Shown here: positions 51,240 through 64,000 of the stretch, piece by piece
How the letters are laid out: every line of letters begins with the position of its first letter
Position numbering within the stretch: position 1 is the stretch's first letter
Assembly: GCA_036172245.1 (NCBI GenBank)
Contig: JAYWIR010000017.1
Location: 248,001-312,000, forward strand
Direction: 5' to 3'
Length of the DNA stretch: 64,000 nt
Source of the DNA: Raillietiella orientalis
Lineage: Eukaryota
Translations under genes and position numbers: made by a program
The notes under the pieces: model-generated
Databases searched by the model: none
What the model was told of the DNA's origin: nothing
The model's input: only the letters and a program-made list of their open reading frames with translations

Positions 51240-51344
51240 TTCTGCAATAGAAACGAAGATCATTAATAACGGGAACAGTAGAGGCAGTTTATGAAGTAAT
51301 CCTTATCTTCATTGTATTTGTTTTTGTTTTCATATTGTGTGGTT
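51240..51344 (-). repeat. Second inverted repeat, arm B' (105 bp)
   Basis: Reverse complement of 49646-49750. Confidence 0.93.
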
Positions 51345-54300
51345 TTATGAAATCGCCTTTGGAAATCAACAGCTCACGTGCCTTTTTTGCATTTGTCTAG
51401 AAAAGCCGTCCCGTGTTGCATGAGATAACTGTCTTCTTTCCTGTGCCAGTGTTTCCTGTTCTTTTGCTTGGCTCGTATTCAAATGTTTGCTTAGCACGGA
51501 AAGTGAAACAGGAAAAATCTTATTGATACGATAAATACCTGATGGAACATTTGACCGCCGTGTCGTGTTTGGAAAACCATGAGCTTCATGGTCATTGGGG
51601 GTCTTTTTCTTTCCATGTTGCTTTAGCCACGTTTGTGTGGTGATCTGAATAATCATTTGAAAAGGTCTCATAGTGATGGGGTCATCCATTCGGTATTGAA
51701 GTCAGTTTCCTGATTTGGGCATTTCTAAAGTTTTGTAGTAAAGGTAATGAGCTGTTCAGTTTGTGAGTAAAAGCGTCAAATACCCATTTGCAGTGATCGT
51801 TTGAATAAAATTAAAAAGGCGTCCGTCATCCCTACCAGCATCATTGACAACGAATCTGTGACGAAATTCCGACGATGAAAGAAGTTTATGAAGAAGGTGA
51901 ACGTACACATAAAGCTGCAGTCCTCCTTCTTGCGGCACATGAGGAACTGCAATCTCGTTTGAATCTTGATCTAGTCCCGAAATCCGTCAACATTAGACGG
52001 CAGCAATGTTTTTAGTTCCACACAACCATTTCATGATGATACCGGCGAAACCATTAATTAGAAAACTTTTAACCGATGCTTTTGAGTGGATAAACAAAAA
52101 CTAGTCCGCTTAGTCAGCCTCGAGCAAATCCTCTCGCACTTCGGGATGGCTTTCGGGAATGGTGTGGATGTGGGAAATGTATAATTGACGGTTAGATTGA
52201 TACAAAGTATAAAAATGTAACACGCCTGCAACGATGATCATGCGAATATTGCAAGAAGACGAGCCAAACGAGTATTCCAGTAAACCCGTGCTTGTTGTGT
52301 TTTTGTCCTTCATGAACACATACTGTGACCGGAATTGAACGGATTACTGTCAGAGAAATAAACACCCCTATTCTTTAAAACGAGAAAAAAAATCACCACA
52401 GCGCTCTGCCCTTACCCACTTTCAAAATTACTCTTGAAAAATATTGATACGAGTCGGATCACTTTAGATGATTTATCGATCTGACTCCTGTCTGAGTCGC
52501 AAACATAACTTCATGGTCTCAAACACATACAGCACAGCATCTCCACACGGGATTGGGGTTATGGAAAACTGTTCCTGGCATATCATAACCAATGAAAAAC
52601 TTGAACGAAAAGGAGCTATGAGGTTTGTTCCAGACGGAAAGGACGATCAGATTTGCAGAACATTGGAGAAGGATGCTGCCAAGCCAGTTGTTTTCAAGGA
52701 AGAGATTGCGAGAAAAATGCAAGAAACACACAGAAAATGTTTTCCATGCATTTTTTGAATTCTTTTCCTGCGTTTTAATTTCTTTCTCTCTTTGTTCCCT
52801 CCCTCTCTCCCTCCTCCTCCTCCTCCTCCTATTTGACGAAGTCTGAATTGTTCATCCCTTCCTCCCGGGATGCCACATGAAATGTGTGGCGCTGCCAACG
52901 CCAAATGATTCATTATCTAGAAATTGCATTTTTTTCCCACCTTGTGGCAGCATTTTACATGCAGCTAGGAAATCAGTTGTCATTCTCACAGTTAAACCAC
53001 TTTATTTAAGGTCATAATCGTCTGATCCACGTCTTTATCTTGCATTCTAGTTCTGCACATCAACAGCTTGCAGCTGTTGATGCCCATGTTGATGACTTCA
53101 TTGAAACTACAAAAAAAGCACTTCCTCCATTTTTTTACCACTCACCTTTTTACTCCTCGTATCTAGATTTTCTCCAAGCATAAAATATAAGCAAACACAG
53201 TAATCAAAGGAGGTCAGGATTCTCTCAAGATGAGTTTCCATTCAAGTTCGTATGCTCAAAACCGTTATCCTCGAAAGACCACGACGATTGTTCCCGAGGC
53301 ATTTGTTTTTGCTACTCAACCAAAGATGAGTCTTGCGTTCCAGATTCCGATTACCCGTGTGAGCCGAATCAGGAAAATACAATGGGCAACGTGAGCGAAT
53401 CTGCGACTTGCTCCGTTGGCTTTCTTAGGCGCACGGGAACACCCAATATCTTTGCCAGTGAACCATCACCGGAAAGTCCGGGCTTGACGATTTCCTGTGT
53501 TTGACTGCGAAGGAAGAAGCAGTCATTGCGTCCGGAGCATCGTGTTACGGGACGCATCGGAAAAGAGGTGGAAAAAAAAAAAACGAATGAAACTTTCCGG
53601 AAAGATTTCAATTTCAAGATTTTTCAACTTCCTGTGGCTTCCGCTTTCAAAAGATTGAGCCTCCATGGAGCTAATGTACCAAATGTTTCTGTCTTTAGTC
53701 GCCTGTGAAATCCGCTTCATGGCGGTAGATCCTTGCTCTTTGGTAGTGGAGCTCCTCGCATCTTGAAATGCTCCGGTCCTCGCGTGTTTTTTTGATCCTG
53801 CGCGATCGATCCTTTCTCTTTTGCTTGGGAAGTTCCCTGCCATATCACGAAGATGGCTTCTAGAATCCAGCCCAGTCGAAACAGGACTGTGGATCTGATG
53901 CTTTGTAGGATCCCCGAGTGCCGAGGAGAAGAGCAATTTCATATCTGCGATTGCATTCGGATCCTTGCACGGGACTACATTTTGTTTCGGTCCTTTGCCC
54001 CTCTGGACCCTACTGGTCAGCCTCATGATTTCATTGTTCCAACCGAAGAAATTAATCTTTCGAATGATCTTTCTTTCAATGTTGCTCTCAACCTGTCACG
54101 AATTTATTTTCATTCTGTTTAACATGAGAGCCACATCAAGTATTTGCACTTTTCCCGACCGCACAAGCCCAGCTGAATGTTTATTTCCATGTTATAACGT
54201 CTCACTGCTTCATTCTTAGGACCCTGATTTTCCCATGAGCTCGTATGAGCTGCTGAGCAAATATTTGGCAGCAAGGATCCAGCTACTGATAACCAGTGTC

Positions 54301-55352
54301 ACCTGCTTGCAAAGTAAAATAAGTAATAGTTCCATCAAAGCAATCGCAAGTAGGGGACCCCCACATCAGTTCAAGTGGGACACATTACTTCGCTTGCTCG
54401 AGACGAGGACCTCGAAGAAGAATGACATCCACACGCTCATAGTTGTGCAGAAGCCGACAGGAAAGGCGGCAAAAAGAATTTCGATCAAGACATCAGAGAG
54501 TTTGCAATGAGCAAACCATTGGTGCTACAGAGAATTTTAGCGACACCAATAAAGGCTTGTTCCCATTTTGAAAACATCTTCCCGTGGTAACGAAGGAAGC
54601 AAACGTATATTGGGCATTCTCAGATCAGGTTGTGTTGGCGTTTACCTCAAGGCAGGTGGAACCGACTTTGACGACTCATCTTGTAATGAAATGAGGATGG
54701 TTGATTAGAAACACGAATAGCAATACTGCATAGTACAAATAAAATAATTATGAATAAAAAGTGTGCTCAATGTTCAGCTATAAATCGTCGAATGATTATT
54801 TGTCGTTTACGAGTGTCTGGGTTGCCTTGTCAGATGCACTTTTATGCATTTCCTAGTGTAGGGTTTTCTGCGTTTATTTTTGGATACTTGAACACGAAAT
54901 CATTTGTACAGGAACACGTTGGCCTTTACTGTAAATCCTGAAGAAGAAAAAAAATAAAAGACTACAGCATACTTGTTGTGAATGCAAATACATTCGAGTG
55001 AAGTTTTTTGAGAACATCTCGTCTCTGACGTAGTCGTTATTGAAACTGTGATGAGAACCACGAACAAAGTACATCGATTTGATTCTGAAATGCCTCTGTA
55101 TTGTGTACATTGATATTGAAAGCAACGCGAACAACTACCATTTAAATATAAGAAAGTGCACTTGGCTGTTTCCGAGCTACCGAGTTGTTTTCGGGAGAGG
55201 AGTTAAGGGGGAGAGGAACGTGAGGTCAAACAAAACAGTGGTTGCTTATTCAGAAGTTTCATTTGCCATCTGATCCTACAGCCATCGTTCTACTGAAGGC
55301 ACATTTCCATTCTTCTGTACACAATCAATTAATTTCATGCGAACAGATGCCC

Positions 55353-56115
55353 GCGTCGGAGGCCGTGTGGTTAGGGGGGTCTCCGCACGTGGAACCATGC
55401 GTCATGGGTTCGAATACTCCGAAAGGAATCGGCGCAGTGCGTCGTGGGTTCCGAGTCCACCCCACAAGAAGACGCTGGTTGGCCTACATTTATCCGGTTG
55501 CGGCACTGGTAGCGGTTCAAACCGGATGCCCCCGATGAGGGCCGGGACAAATGGGAATCGACCTCCAGGTCCTTCCAGGAATCACAGAGTAGGGAGTTCC
55601 CCAGCCGGTTGTGAAGGAGCGAACTCCCCATTCCGGTGGGACCCCCCGCGTCGTACTGATGGAGTTGGTGTGTCGCCACCACCTCTCCAGAGAAAACAGA
55701 GAAGCGAGCTGATCTATTCGGGGAAGCTGACCCCTTCCGAATTTCGGAAGCGTCCCTTCTGGGTTCTCTTCAGAGGAGTAAAAACAGGAGCGGATCCCTT
55801 GCGGGTTCCCTTTATAGAAGAAAGCGTACCCCTCCGAGGGTCCTCCGGTGAGGAAGGAGATTCCCTTCTGGATTCCCTTTCGGAAACAACCAAGGTTGAG
55901 GTGGTCTCCATTTCGGGGATCCCTCCCCAGGCGTGAGAGGAACGGACTCCGAGTCCTTCCTGGATTCATAGGGAGGACCCCTCCCGGGGTACCCCGTGTC
56001 TTGAAGAAATATCCACTCTCGGGTGGCGTGGAGCCGTGTCGAAGAACTGCGAAGACGGAAAAGAAGGATTTCCATAGTCCTCGACCAATAGTAACGACAT
56101 TCAAAATCCGATGAC
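55353..56115 (+). mobile_element. Putative tRNA-headed SINE or non-LTR retroelement 5' remnant
   Basis: A-box-like AGGCCGTGTGG (55360-55370) and B-box-like GGTTCGAATAC (55407-55417) at tRNA spacing, followed by a sharply bounded GC-rich body; no clear TSD or tail; 3' end approximate. Confidence 0.5.
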
Positions 56116-59100
56116 AAAATGTCCTCCTTCGAACTCGAACATGCTAAGCGACCAATCTGCGGCAGAGCAGTTACTGAGAAAAAACCTGCTTAATGGGGAG
56201 TCCTGGGAAGAATTTCCTCTGCTTGAGAATCACATTTGACCTTCAGAACAGCATGAATTAATGGAATTTACCACCATTCATCACCAGACAAATTGCAGCA
56301 TACAAACACTCAGGCAACTACCCAGAGCCAGCTAGTATCTTTCATCTCAGTTCCGGCGATAAATAGGAACGAAGTATGAAAAGGAAAACACCCACATATG
56401 TGAGATTGTTGCATTGACTTCTTCCGCAACAACTATGCAGCTCCTTATTAGAGAAAGATCACTGCTTGCTTGCTTTCTATGAAAGGAGGAAAAACGAAAA
56501 AAAAAAACGGGTACGCTTTTTGGTATTCGGCATTGGATATCAGCAACAGTCTCCGCCCTACGATAAGCATGGCGAGTCCTTTGTATGGCCCTTCAGTCTG
56601 TTGTTATTCATGGCAAAATAATCATTCGCGTTGAAAAGAGAAATCTGGAACTCCTGTTTCAGCATCCGTTCCCAAAGCTCTCGATGGATTTCCGAGAAAG
56701 CGATGAGAAGAGAACTTACGACTGCATCCCTTGCTGGGCATTCCAGCAACACGAAATGACCGAAAACATTCCAGGCTACATTTTATGATCGCAGCGGCTG
56801 GAGATTAATGAGCAAATGTTGATGGTTTCGCGTACGAAATTGATATCAAACGTGATCTAATCTCTAATTCATAATCTAATCCAGCTAACCGAAGCTCCCC
56901 ACTTGGATTTTCTCACTTGAACTGAAAACGCATAAGGGTATCTAAGGATAACGAGCATTTAAGGGCATGAAGGTTAGCCGGAATTGGGGCTGAATTATAA
57001 TACGAGGACGAATTGCAAGGAATTCGCTCCTTCTAAAAATACAAGAAAAAGCAATTTTTTGCGATTCCTCCTGAGAAAAAATGTCCATTATGAGAATTCA
57101 GTAGAAATGGAGACGTTCCAACGAAAGTGGGATTCAGAAAAAAGCAATCAATTTCCAAGAGTTGAACATTAGTTTTGGGAGAATTCTAAGGTCTAGATTG
57201 GACAGCTGGTTCATGATGTGACTCATTCAGCATGCCTGAGGCAACCGCATGGAGTGGCTGCCATGGGAACAAGAGGACTCACCAAACGCCTCTGTGGATC
57301 TTGGTTTCCTTCAGGAGATGGCAGCCCTGTCGCTCCAGGAGAGCACCTGTACCTCCGTAGGGTAGGGGGGAGGGTGCGGTTGCAGGCTGCGGACTGAGAT
57401 GGATCACGTAAAGGACCGCGTAGCATTCGTCCGCGGAGCGGGGCTGAAGCTGGGTGGACCTGTTTCGTGGTGGTAAGTGTCCTCGTCCGGGAGAATAGTC
57501 CTCCCCCACGATTTCTTTGCCGTCGGTCCAGTAAAACAGCCCGTTGTTGAGGTAAATGTATGGAACACCTTCCAAATACTGATGATTTCCATGAAGGCAC
57601 TGTTCCTTTTCTTGAATGCAGTTGTTTGAAAACATGCTTTTCATCATGCTGTTTTTTTTTTTTTTGGAAGGAGCTGGTGAGAACCAAAATAATATTATTA
57701 ATTTACTTAACTTGAAAACTGAATGGAAATTTTTAATGATCTTGTTAGGAAATCTTTAGTTTTCGATGCGAGATGGTGAAGTTGTCGAGGAAACGCAGCT
57801 ATGACGTGAAGTTTTTTTTTAAAGCACCGTTAGCATCTCCCTATTTATCTATGTATCTGAATATAGCTCTGTACACAAACGATAAGGTGCCTTTTTTTTT
57901 TGTTGTTTTAAAACCAAGTTCCGCCATAAAAAATAAATAAGAGATTAACTAAGACCTCCGTGTTCATCAAATGATGTTCTGACGAAAATTTTTGTGGTCA
58001 TCGTTTTCTCGCATAAATCTTCCATACCTTTCCCAATTTTTTTGGAGCTTTAATTAAGGAATAGTTTCGACCATTCCATTCCACGTGTATCGAGGATCTC
58101 GCAATCATGTAAGCTCATGATAAATTTGTGATTAGGAGCACATACTTCATTCTTCCATTACACTTCCTCGAATGGAGTGTTCTGCTCGTATCAGCATCCA
58201 GCATTCACATGGTTCTCGATCATGTGTGTTGCGTCAACATGCAGGACAAGCTCATTTCCACATTTTGCTCGAGAATCGCTTCCGGTTTTTACGACCGGAT
58301 CCCAAACTACTCATTTTAATGGCTCGCAGCATCAGACTCGCTGCTCAGTTTGTCGCGTTGAGACCAACTCGAAGATTTCGTTCGATCTCTCAAAGTCCTC
58401 TTCTGACTCCTCCACGGACTCCGCTCGAAGCCCTTCAGGGAGGGATCTTGGTCCAATTTTTCACCAGCATATCGAGCTTTGCTGTATTGCGCCTCTTTTC
58501 TGATTTCAGAAAGGAGAACTCTCAAACAGATGAAACTTCTTGTTCATCAGGTTCCATCGGAATCCTCGTTTCGGGCTCTTATGCACATTTTACTGTGTGA
58601 GTCAGCTATGAAGATTTGATCAGCTTGGAGTTCGAAATCCCTGAGTGATTCAAAACCAAAGAGAAACTCAAATGAAAAGCCATCTCTTTTCACATAATTA
58701 TGGAATTGCCAATAGCTATTTTAATGTTGCCTTGGATTGCAGCTTTCGTATATTCCTCACCATTCTCACAGCAGCGATGCACATTTAGATGCACCAACTC
58801 TTTGCTGAAGCAAGATTCGTTATGGGGATTCCGATCAATAGAATCAAAGATTTTCCTTCCGCTGTGTTGAGAAGTCATCTATACTACTATTAATCATGGA
58901 ATATAACAAGGTGTCGATTTCATTTGAAGAATCGCTTTTTCAATCATCGCAGGACAGTAATATTGTGAATTGGGATCTAAAGATCTTTTCACGCTTACCA
59001 TATTTTCAAGTATCGAGGTGCTCTTCGTGTTCGTAGGAATAAGCATAGCCCTCATTACTACTTCTCAAAAAACCTTGAAAATCTTCCATTTTTGTGACTC

Positions 59101-62100
59101 TTATCCGGAAATAAAATCTACTTGCAAAACTCCAGGCACCCCAAATTTTAAATGAATGGGACTCGATCTATGAGAGCAACCCTTTTCTGAATAGGCTCAG
59201 TTTTTAGAATTAACACGTACTAGTAGATGTTAATCCTGCATTCAAAACGTTATAAGTTTTTCGATTCAAGATATCCATGTATAAACAAATTCGCAACCCA
59301 CACAGGAATTCCTTAAATTTCCCGAATAATTCTAAATCTGTTTAAAGAATATTCTTCTCTGAGCATCGGAAAAAGTAATTCCATTATCATCATCTATGCA
59401 ATTTTCCGAGCTTCTTGTACCCATCTACATAACAAGGAATTCATGCCGGTTGAAATTTGTTATTGAATTTCTTACATTTTTCCAAGCAGCGAAAGTAAAA
59501 CCCGAATTTACATGAGTTTACATGAGAATTTTCTAAATGCATTTGGGATAATCATCGGAGTGTTTGATTTTTCTGCAATCGAAACATTCACTTTTTTAAA
59601 ATGAAAATTGAAAAGGCCAAGTACTGATAATGTGATTTGTACAGCATAACTCCATTTTAACTCAATCGAACTTTGAACAGTATGATTGTGGTTGGTATTC
59701 AGTAAATTGGTTTAGTCTGTTAGCGGGAACGTGTTTTAGCTATTTGCCTGATAACTGTCTTGGAATTACTGTTTCTGTTCGGTACGTGCAATTGTGCAAT
59801 TTTGACATCCACCTGCTAAATTCTACAGTCGTCTTCAGGATTCCGGTTCGTCTTGGCACCACTGTCGCGCCTACTTTGTTTCATTTATTACCATTTATTA
59901 GGGTTTTCTTAGGATTCGAATTCCAGAATTCCGTGGATGTATTGCCATGGTTTCTGCCTCGTTTACGAACCTTTTCAAAGATCTTTCGATGCTAAGTGAC
60001 GCATTTATTTCGAAATCTTTTTTCCATCATCAATGAATATAATCCTGGGGGGCACTGCATTATCGTTAAGTCAGTTGACTACCTAAGTCTGAATTCTGAT
60101 TGGAAAGTGCGAGTGTAACGATATTACTGTTACTGGGAGCTTTAATTCAGTTTGCCATTTCAAGTCACTTCAAATTCGCTGATTAAAAAACCACAACGTT
60201 TTCGTTCGTAACAGAAAAGAAAACATCGTCCTTTATTTATTTATCCATTTATTTTTTCACTTAAGGACGGTGATCAGGTAAACATGTTCTCAGAACGGAA
60301 AAAGAATCATCCTTTCATTGCAAATCTTTGGGTCCTGTCAAAGATCGTGTAAAAGGTCAGCACGGACCCAAGGAGATCGCGGTGTGATGAGGGTGTACAA
60401 CGCTGGAAAATGGTACGACATGCCAACCATGGAAATGGAAACGAAATATTTATCTCAAAGAACTTTTCTTTCTTTCCGTGAATTGCATACCATTTATTTA
60501 CTTCTGGGTTTATCCATAGTAATAGTTTACTTATTTGGGACATTACACTATCGATATCTCCAAAATTACATGAATGGAAAATATGATATCTTTTACTGTG
60601 AGTTCATGAATTCTCTGATTTTACAGTACATGCTATCTGCTTTTCAAGTTTCAACACTTTTTTTCGTTTCTTCGCTCTTCACTACTTTCGTGTTTTCATA
60701 ACAGTTGCATACGCAAACGGATGTTTTCCCAATAGTGCATTAAAATTCTTACTCCAGTTGCACGTGCAAGAATTACTTGTGGGTTTCATCTTCTGGAAAA
60801 GTCGTGAGGAAAAAAAAAAATTCCATTTCTGAATTGTAACAAACTCCAGTTTCATGTCAGAATCCCAATTACTATCGTATGTTTGCTTGAAAGAGAAAGC
60901 AGAATAGTAAAAACTCGGTGCTTATAGGAAGTAATTCCGTATTTTATTCCTATTTTCATTCCGCCATTATTTATTATGCCATGAGAATGTGGATATTTCT
61001 GATTTATGACATTAAGTTCTTTACTCATGAACTAGAAGAAGTAGATACTTTGCGACACTCCATGATATCCAGTCAAGGGATCCTTTCACTGTCTTCCTAA
61101 GAGAAAGTATATTCCTCCTTTGAAACTATTCAAGTTAATAAGAGTATTCAAACAAAAATGGAGCTCGGAACATTGGTACCAACGTCTCAACGTTAAGCCA
61201 AAAAAAAAAAAAAAAAAATGCTGATCGGATACATCAATCTAAAGAACTGATCGGGCAGTTTAAATTATTACATAATGTAAAATAATATGAGTTCATCCAT
61301 CCTTGCAACATACTTGAGCATACAACATACATTACGACTACGGTGAGCATAGAAAGCAAACTATTGAGTTCCGCGGTAAAGTAATTCGCCTTTGAGAGAT
61401 GAATGTGGTGTTTCATGATTTGTATTTGGAGCAAAAGCATCGGTTGAACAAGGTTTAAGATGCATAACGTGGTGATCTCTGCTTTTTAATCGAAGTTTTC
61501 TACGGATTTTTTCCCCGTCAAGATGAGTCGGTTGATTTTTTTTTTTTTGTTGTGTGTGTGTGTATCCCGCTCCTTTGAAAACTAACGCTCATGCTACATC
61601 AGCAGTGTTTCCGTGTTGGTCTCTTTGTCCTTGTTTCAGTAAAAAAAAGTGTTCAATTGGCCTTATTTGCTTAAAGGAAATTCGGTTAATTAATTCGGTA
61701 CCTTTCTTGAACTGTGCAGTACGTCAGCAAAATTCTAATTTCCGACACCACAGGGCATTTTTATTTGTGTTTTACCTCGATCCCCATCGAAAATGCCTGC
61801 TGATGGTTTTATGAAAAAAAGGAACACTGTCGCACATTCGTGCTGGTTATCGATTGCAGCTATCTGTGAATGAACGGACCATGCAATCCTCTTCGAAGTA
61901 ACGAGTTACATGAGGAGTGGCCAGAAGACGGAGGCAGCGTTGCTCTCAATACTGTTAATGACGGCATCGATTCGGGTAATGTGGCTCGATTTGTTTTTCC
62001 ATTCAGATGAATGAAATTTCCTCGAAATTTTTCACAAAGCCCACAGTCGCGTGTTTATCAAGTTGTGTACACTTCGGATTCCCTCCCCCACTGATACAGT

Positions 62101-63260
62101 ACTAGGGGAAAGACGTGAAGAGAGCGATACAAGAGTTACCGCTCTTTTTTGACGTTCTTGTATCCCTTGGTCTGTACTTTATGTCGACAACTAAAGGGAA
62201 GACGTTCGACGATGACAACAAATGGAGTTCTTGTCTTCCCGAATTTTCGCAAACGCCCCTTGCAGTGGGCCTGGAAGGGAGCCTCGCACGTTTTCAAGCA
62301 GCCGTGCCAGAACGAATCGAAATTCATTTCGAGGCTTCCTTACTTCAGAGATCGCGGGCTGCACACTCCCCACACACTTTGTGACTGCAGAATGATGAGC
62401 CAAATCACAATCGGTGTTTGGCCAAATTGCCAGCTGCATGAGTCTGCGCTGACCCCATGCGTGAATAGGGTTTGCTGCGCTTTATTTGTTGGAAATGCTC
62501 ACAAAAGATTACTATGAAGTCATATGTTTTTGCAACTATTCCAAGTCATGGATCCTGTGCCTTTCATATTCCGACAAAAAATTAAAGCCTACATAGAATA
62601 TGCAAATGTTGCTATTCCGGGGGACAAAACACACAAAAAAAAAAACCTAAACTCGAAAACTTATTTTTCACAAGTTCCGTTTAATATACTTTCGATTTTT
62701 CAAAAACCTCCATATCTTTTTTAACATCTTGATATTATGATGATGAACTCGTTTTTCTTATTAGCAAATGTTCAAAATAAAGGTTAAATGTTGATTTATG
62801 AACTCACATGTGGGATATGTTTTTTATTTTTTTCTGTTGTGTGCAATTACCACTTACATGAAGATCAAATAGAAACATTTGGTTTTTTGATTATATTTAA
62901 CGTGTAATAATATAGTATACTCAAATATTTTCTCATTTATGGTCTTCCAGACATAAATTCCAATCATTTGTAAATCCATTACAGAGCTAGTCTTCCGGAT
63001 GAGGTTCTGAAAATATGAAACTGTTAATGAGAAAATTCACACGATTAGAATAAACATCATTTAATAAGTTTACAGGCTTTTATGAGCACCTAATATTAGT
63101 TGTTAGTATCACTGAATTCAGTTCAAAATACCGAATTTATCCTAAAACACTGGCCTTATTAAAAAGCTGAAATCCAGCCAACCTACACAACCAATGTTCA
63201 CTTCATAGGTGCTGTGAAAAACCACATGATGCCATCAACAAGTGGAAGACTGCAGCATTA

Positions 63261-63290
63261 GCCTGATTGAGGTCAGCCTCTCAATCAGGC
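63261..63290. other. GC-rich 11-bp stem-loop downstream of PRP4K
   Basis: GCCTGATTGAG-GTCAGCCT-CTCAATCAGGC. Confidence 0.8.
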
Positions 63291-63493
63291 CTGCGCCCCA
63301 AAATGAGCAAATATGAATCATGCATGTTGGTTTGTACACAAACAGTACAGTACCAATGATTACTCTGCATTACACATGTTAGCGTACATGGTTTCTATCT
63401 CTTTGGTCTAAGACCATAGTATCCCATCAAGATGTAGAGGGAAGATTCACAGCACCCTAAATAATAAAAGAATAAATCAGTTGGCATAAAAGA

Positions 63494-63499
63494 TTTATT
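63494..63499 (-). terminator. Candidate polyadenylation signal of PRP4K
   Basis: AATAAA about 100 nt after the stop codon; motif only. Confidence 0.35.
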
Positions 63500-63601
63500 T
63501 CTTGAAGTCACCAGGTGGTTGAACTGGTACTTACCACCTTGCAAATTATTACAAGGTAAAAAATGCAAATAGTTCACAATCTCAAATGAAATACACAAGA
63601 T

Positions 63602-64000
<399 letters not shown>

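Noticed and set aside
53058..53082. 10-bp hairpin CATCAACAGC/GCTGTTGATG (similar ones at 25329-25360 and 11637-11679) as pre-miRNA
   Set aside because: Stems are too short for a Drosha/Dicer substrate.
53523..54026. 167-aa minus-strand ORF as shot first exon
   Set aside because: I found no phase-1 donor and no homology; an ORF of this length is borderline expected at this GC content.
55337..55936. 199-aa + strand ORF, also considered as a deltavirus-like antigen
   Set aside because: GC-rich sequence is open in several frames on both strands; no delta-antigen coiled coil or other motif is present.
57455..57495. Hammerhead-like spacing on the minus strand (CGGACGAG..CGAAAC..GTC)
   Set aside because: The core CUGA is altered and stems I and II do not pair; the other CTGATGAG sites (1848, 37228, 45441) also lack stems.

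Overview
Animal (arthropod-like, by inference) genomic DNA. Most of the window is one minus-strand spectraplakin gene (short stop/MACF1/dystonin family). I traced 58 frame-consistent GT-AG exons from 42063 down to 585 (14160 nt, about 4720 codons). They encode CH1-CH2, a plakin domain with SH3, a spectrin-repeat rod, two EF-hands and a GAS2/GAR domain; the C-terminal tail runs off the left edge. The gene also has a 21-nt CH1 microexon (HWGYSAQ), a probable internal CH1-less first exon, and no room for a plakin-repeat giant exon. 31 of the 57 introns are 40-60 nt long. The 3' end of a PRP4 kinase gene lies on the minus strand at the right edge. The large, CpG-richer 5' region (about 27.5-62 kb) holds the least explained structure: two interlocked inverted-repeat pairs (456 bp at about 99% identity and 105 bp at about 93%) around a 0.9-kb loop with first-exon-like signals in the opposite orientation, and a hairpin-dense GC-rich element with a tRNA-like head. 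No database search or folding was run; family calls rest on recognised motifs.
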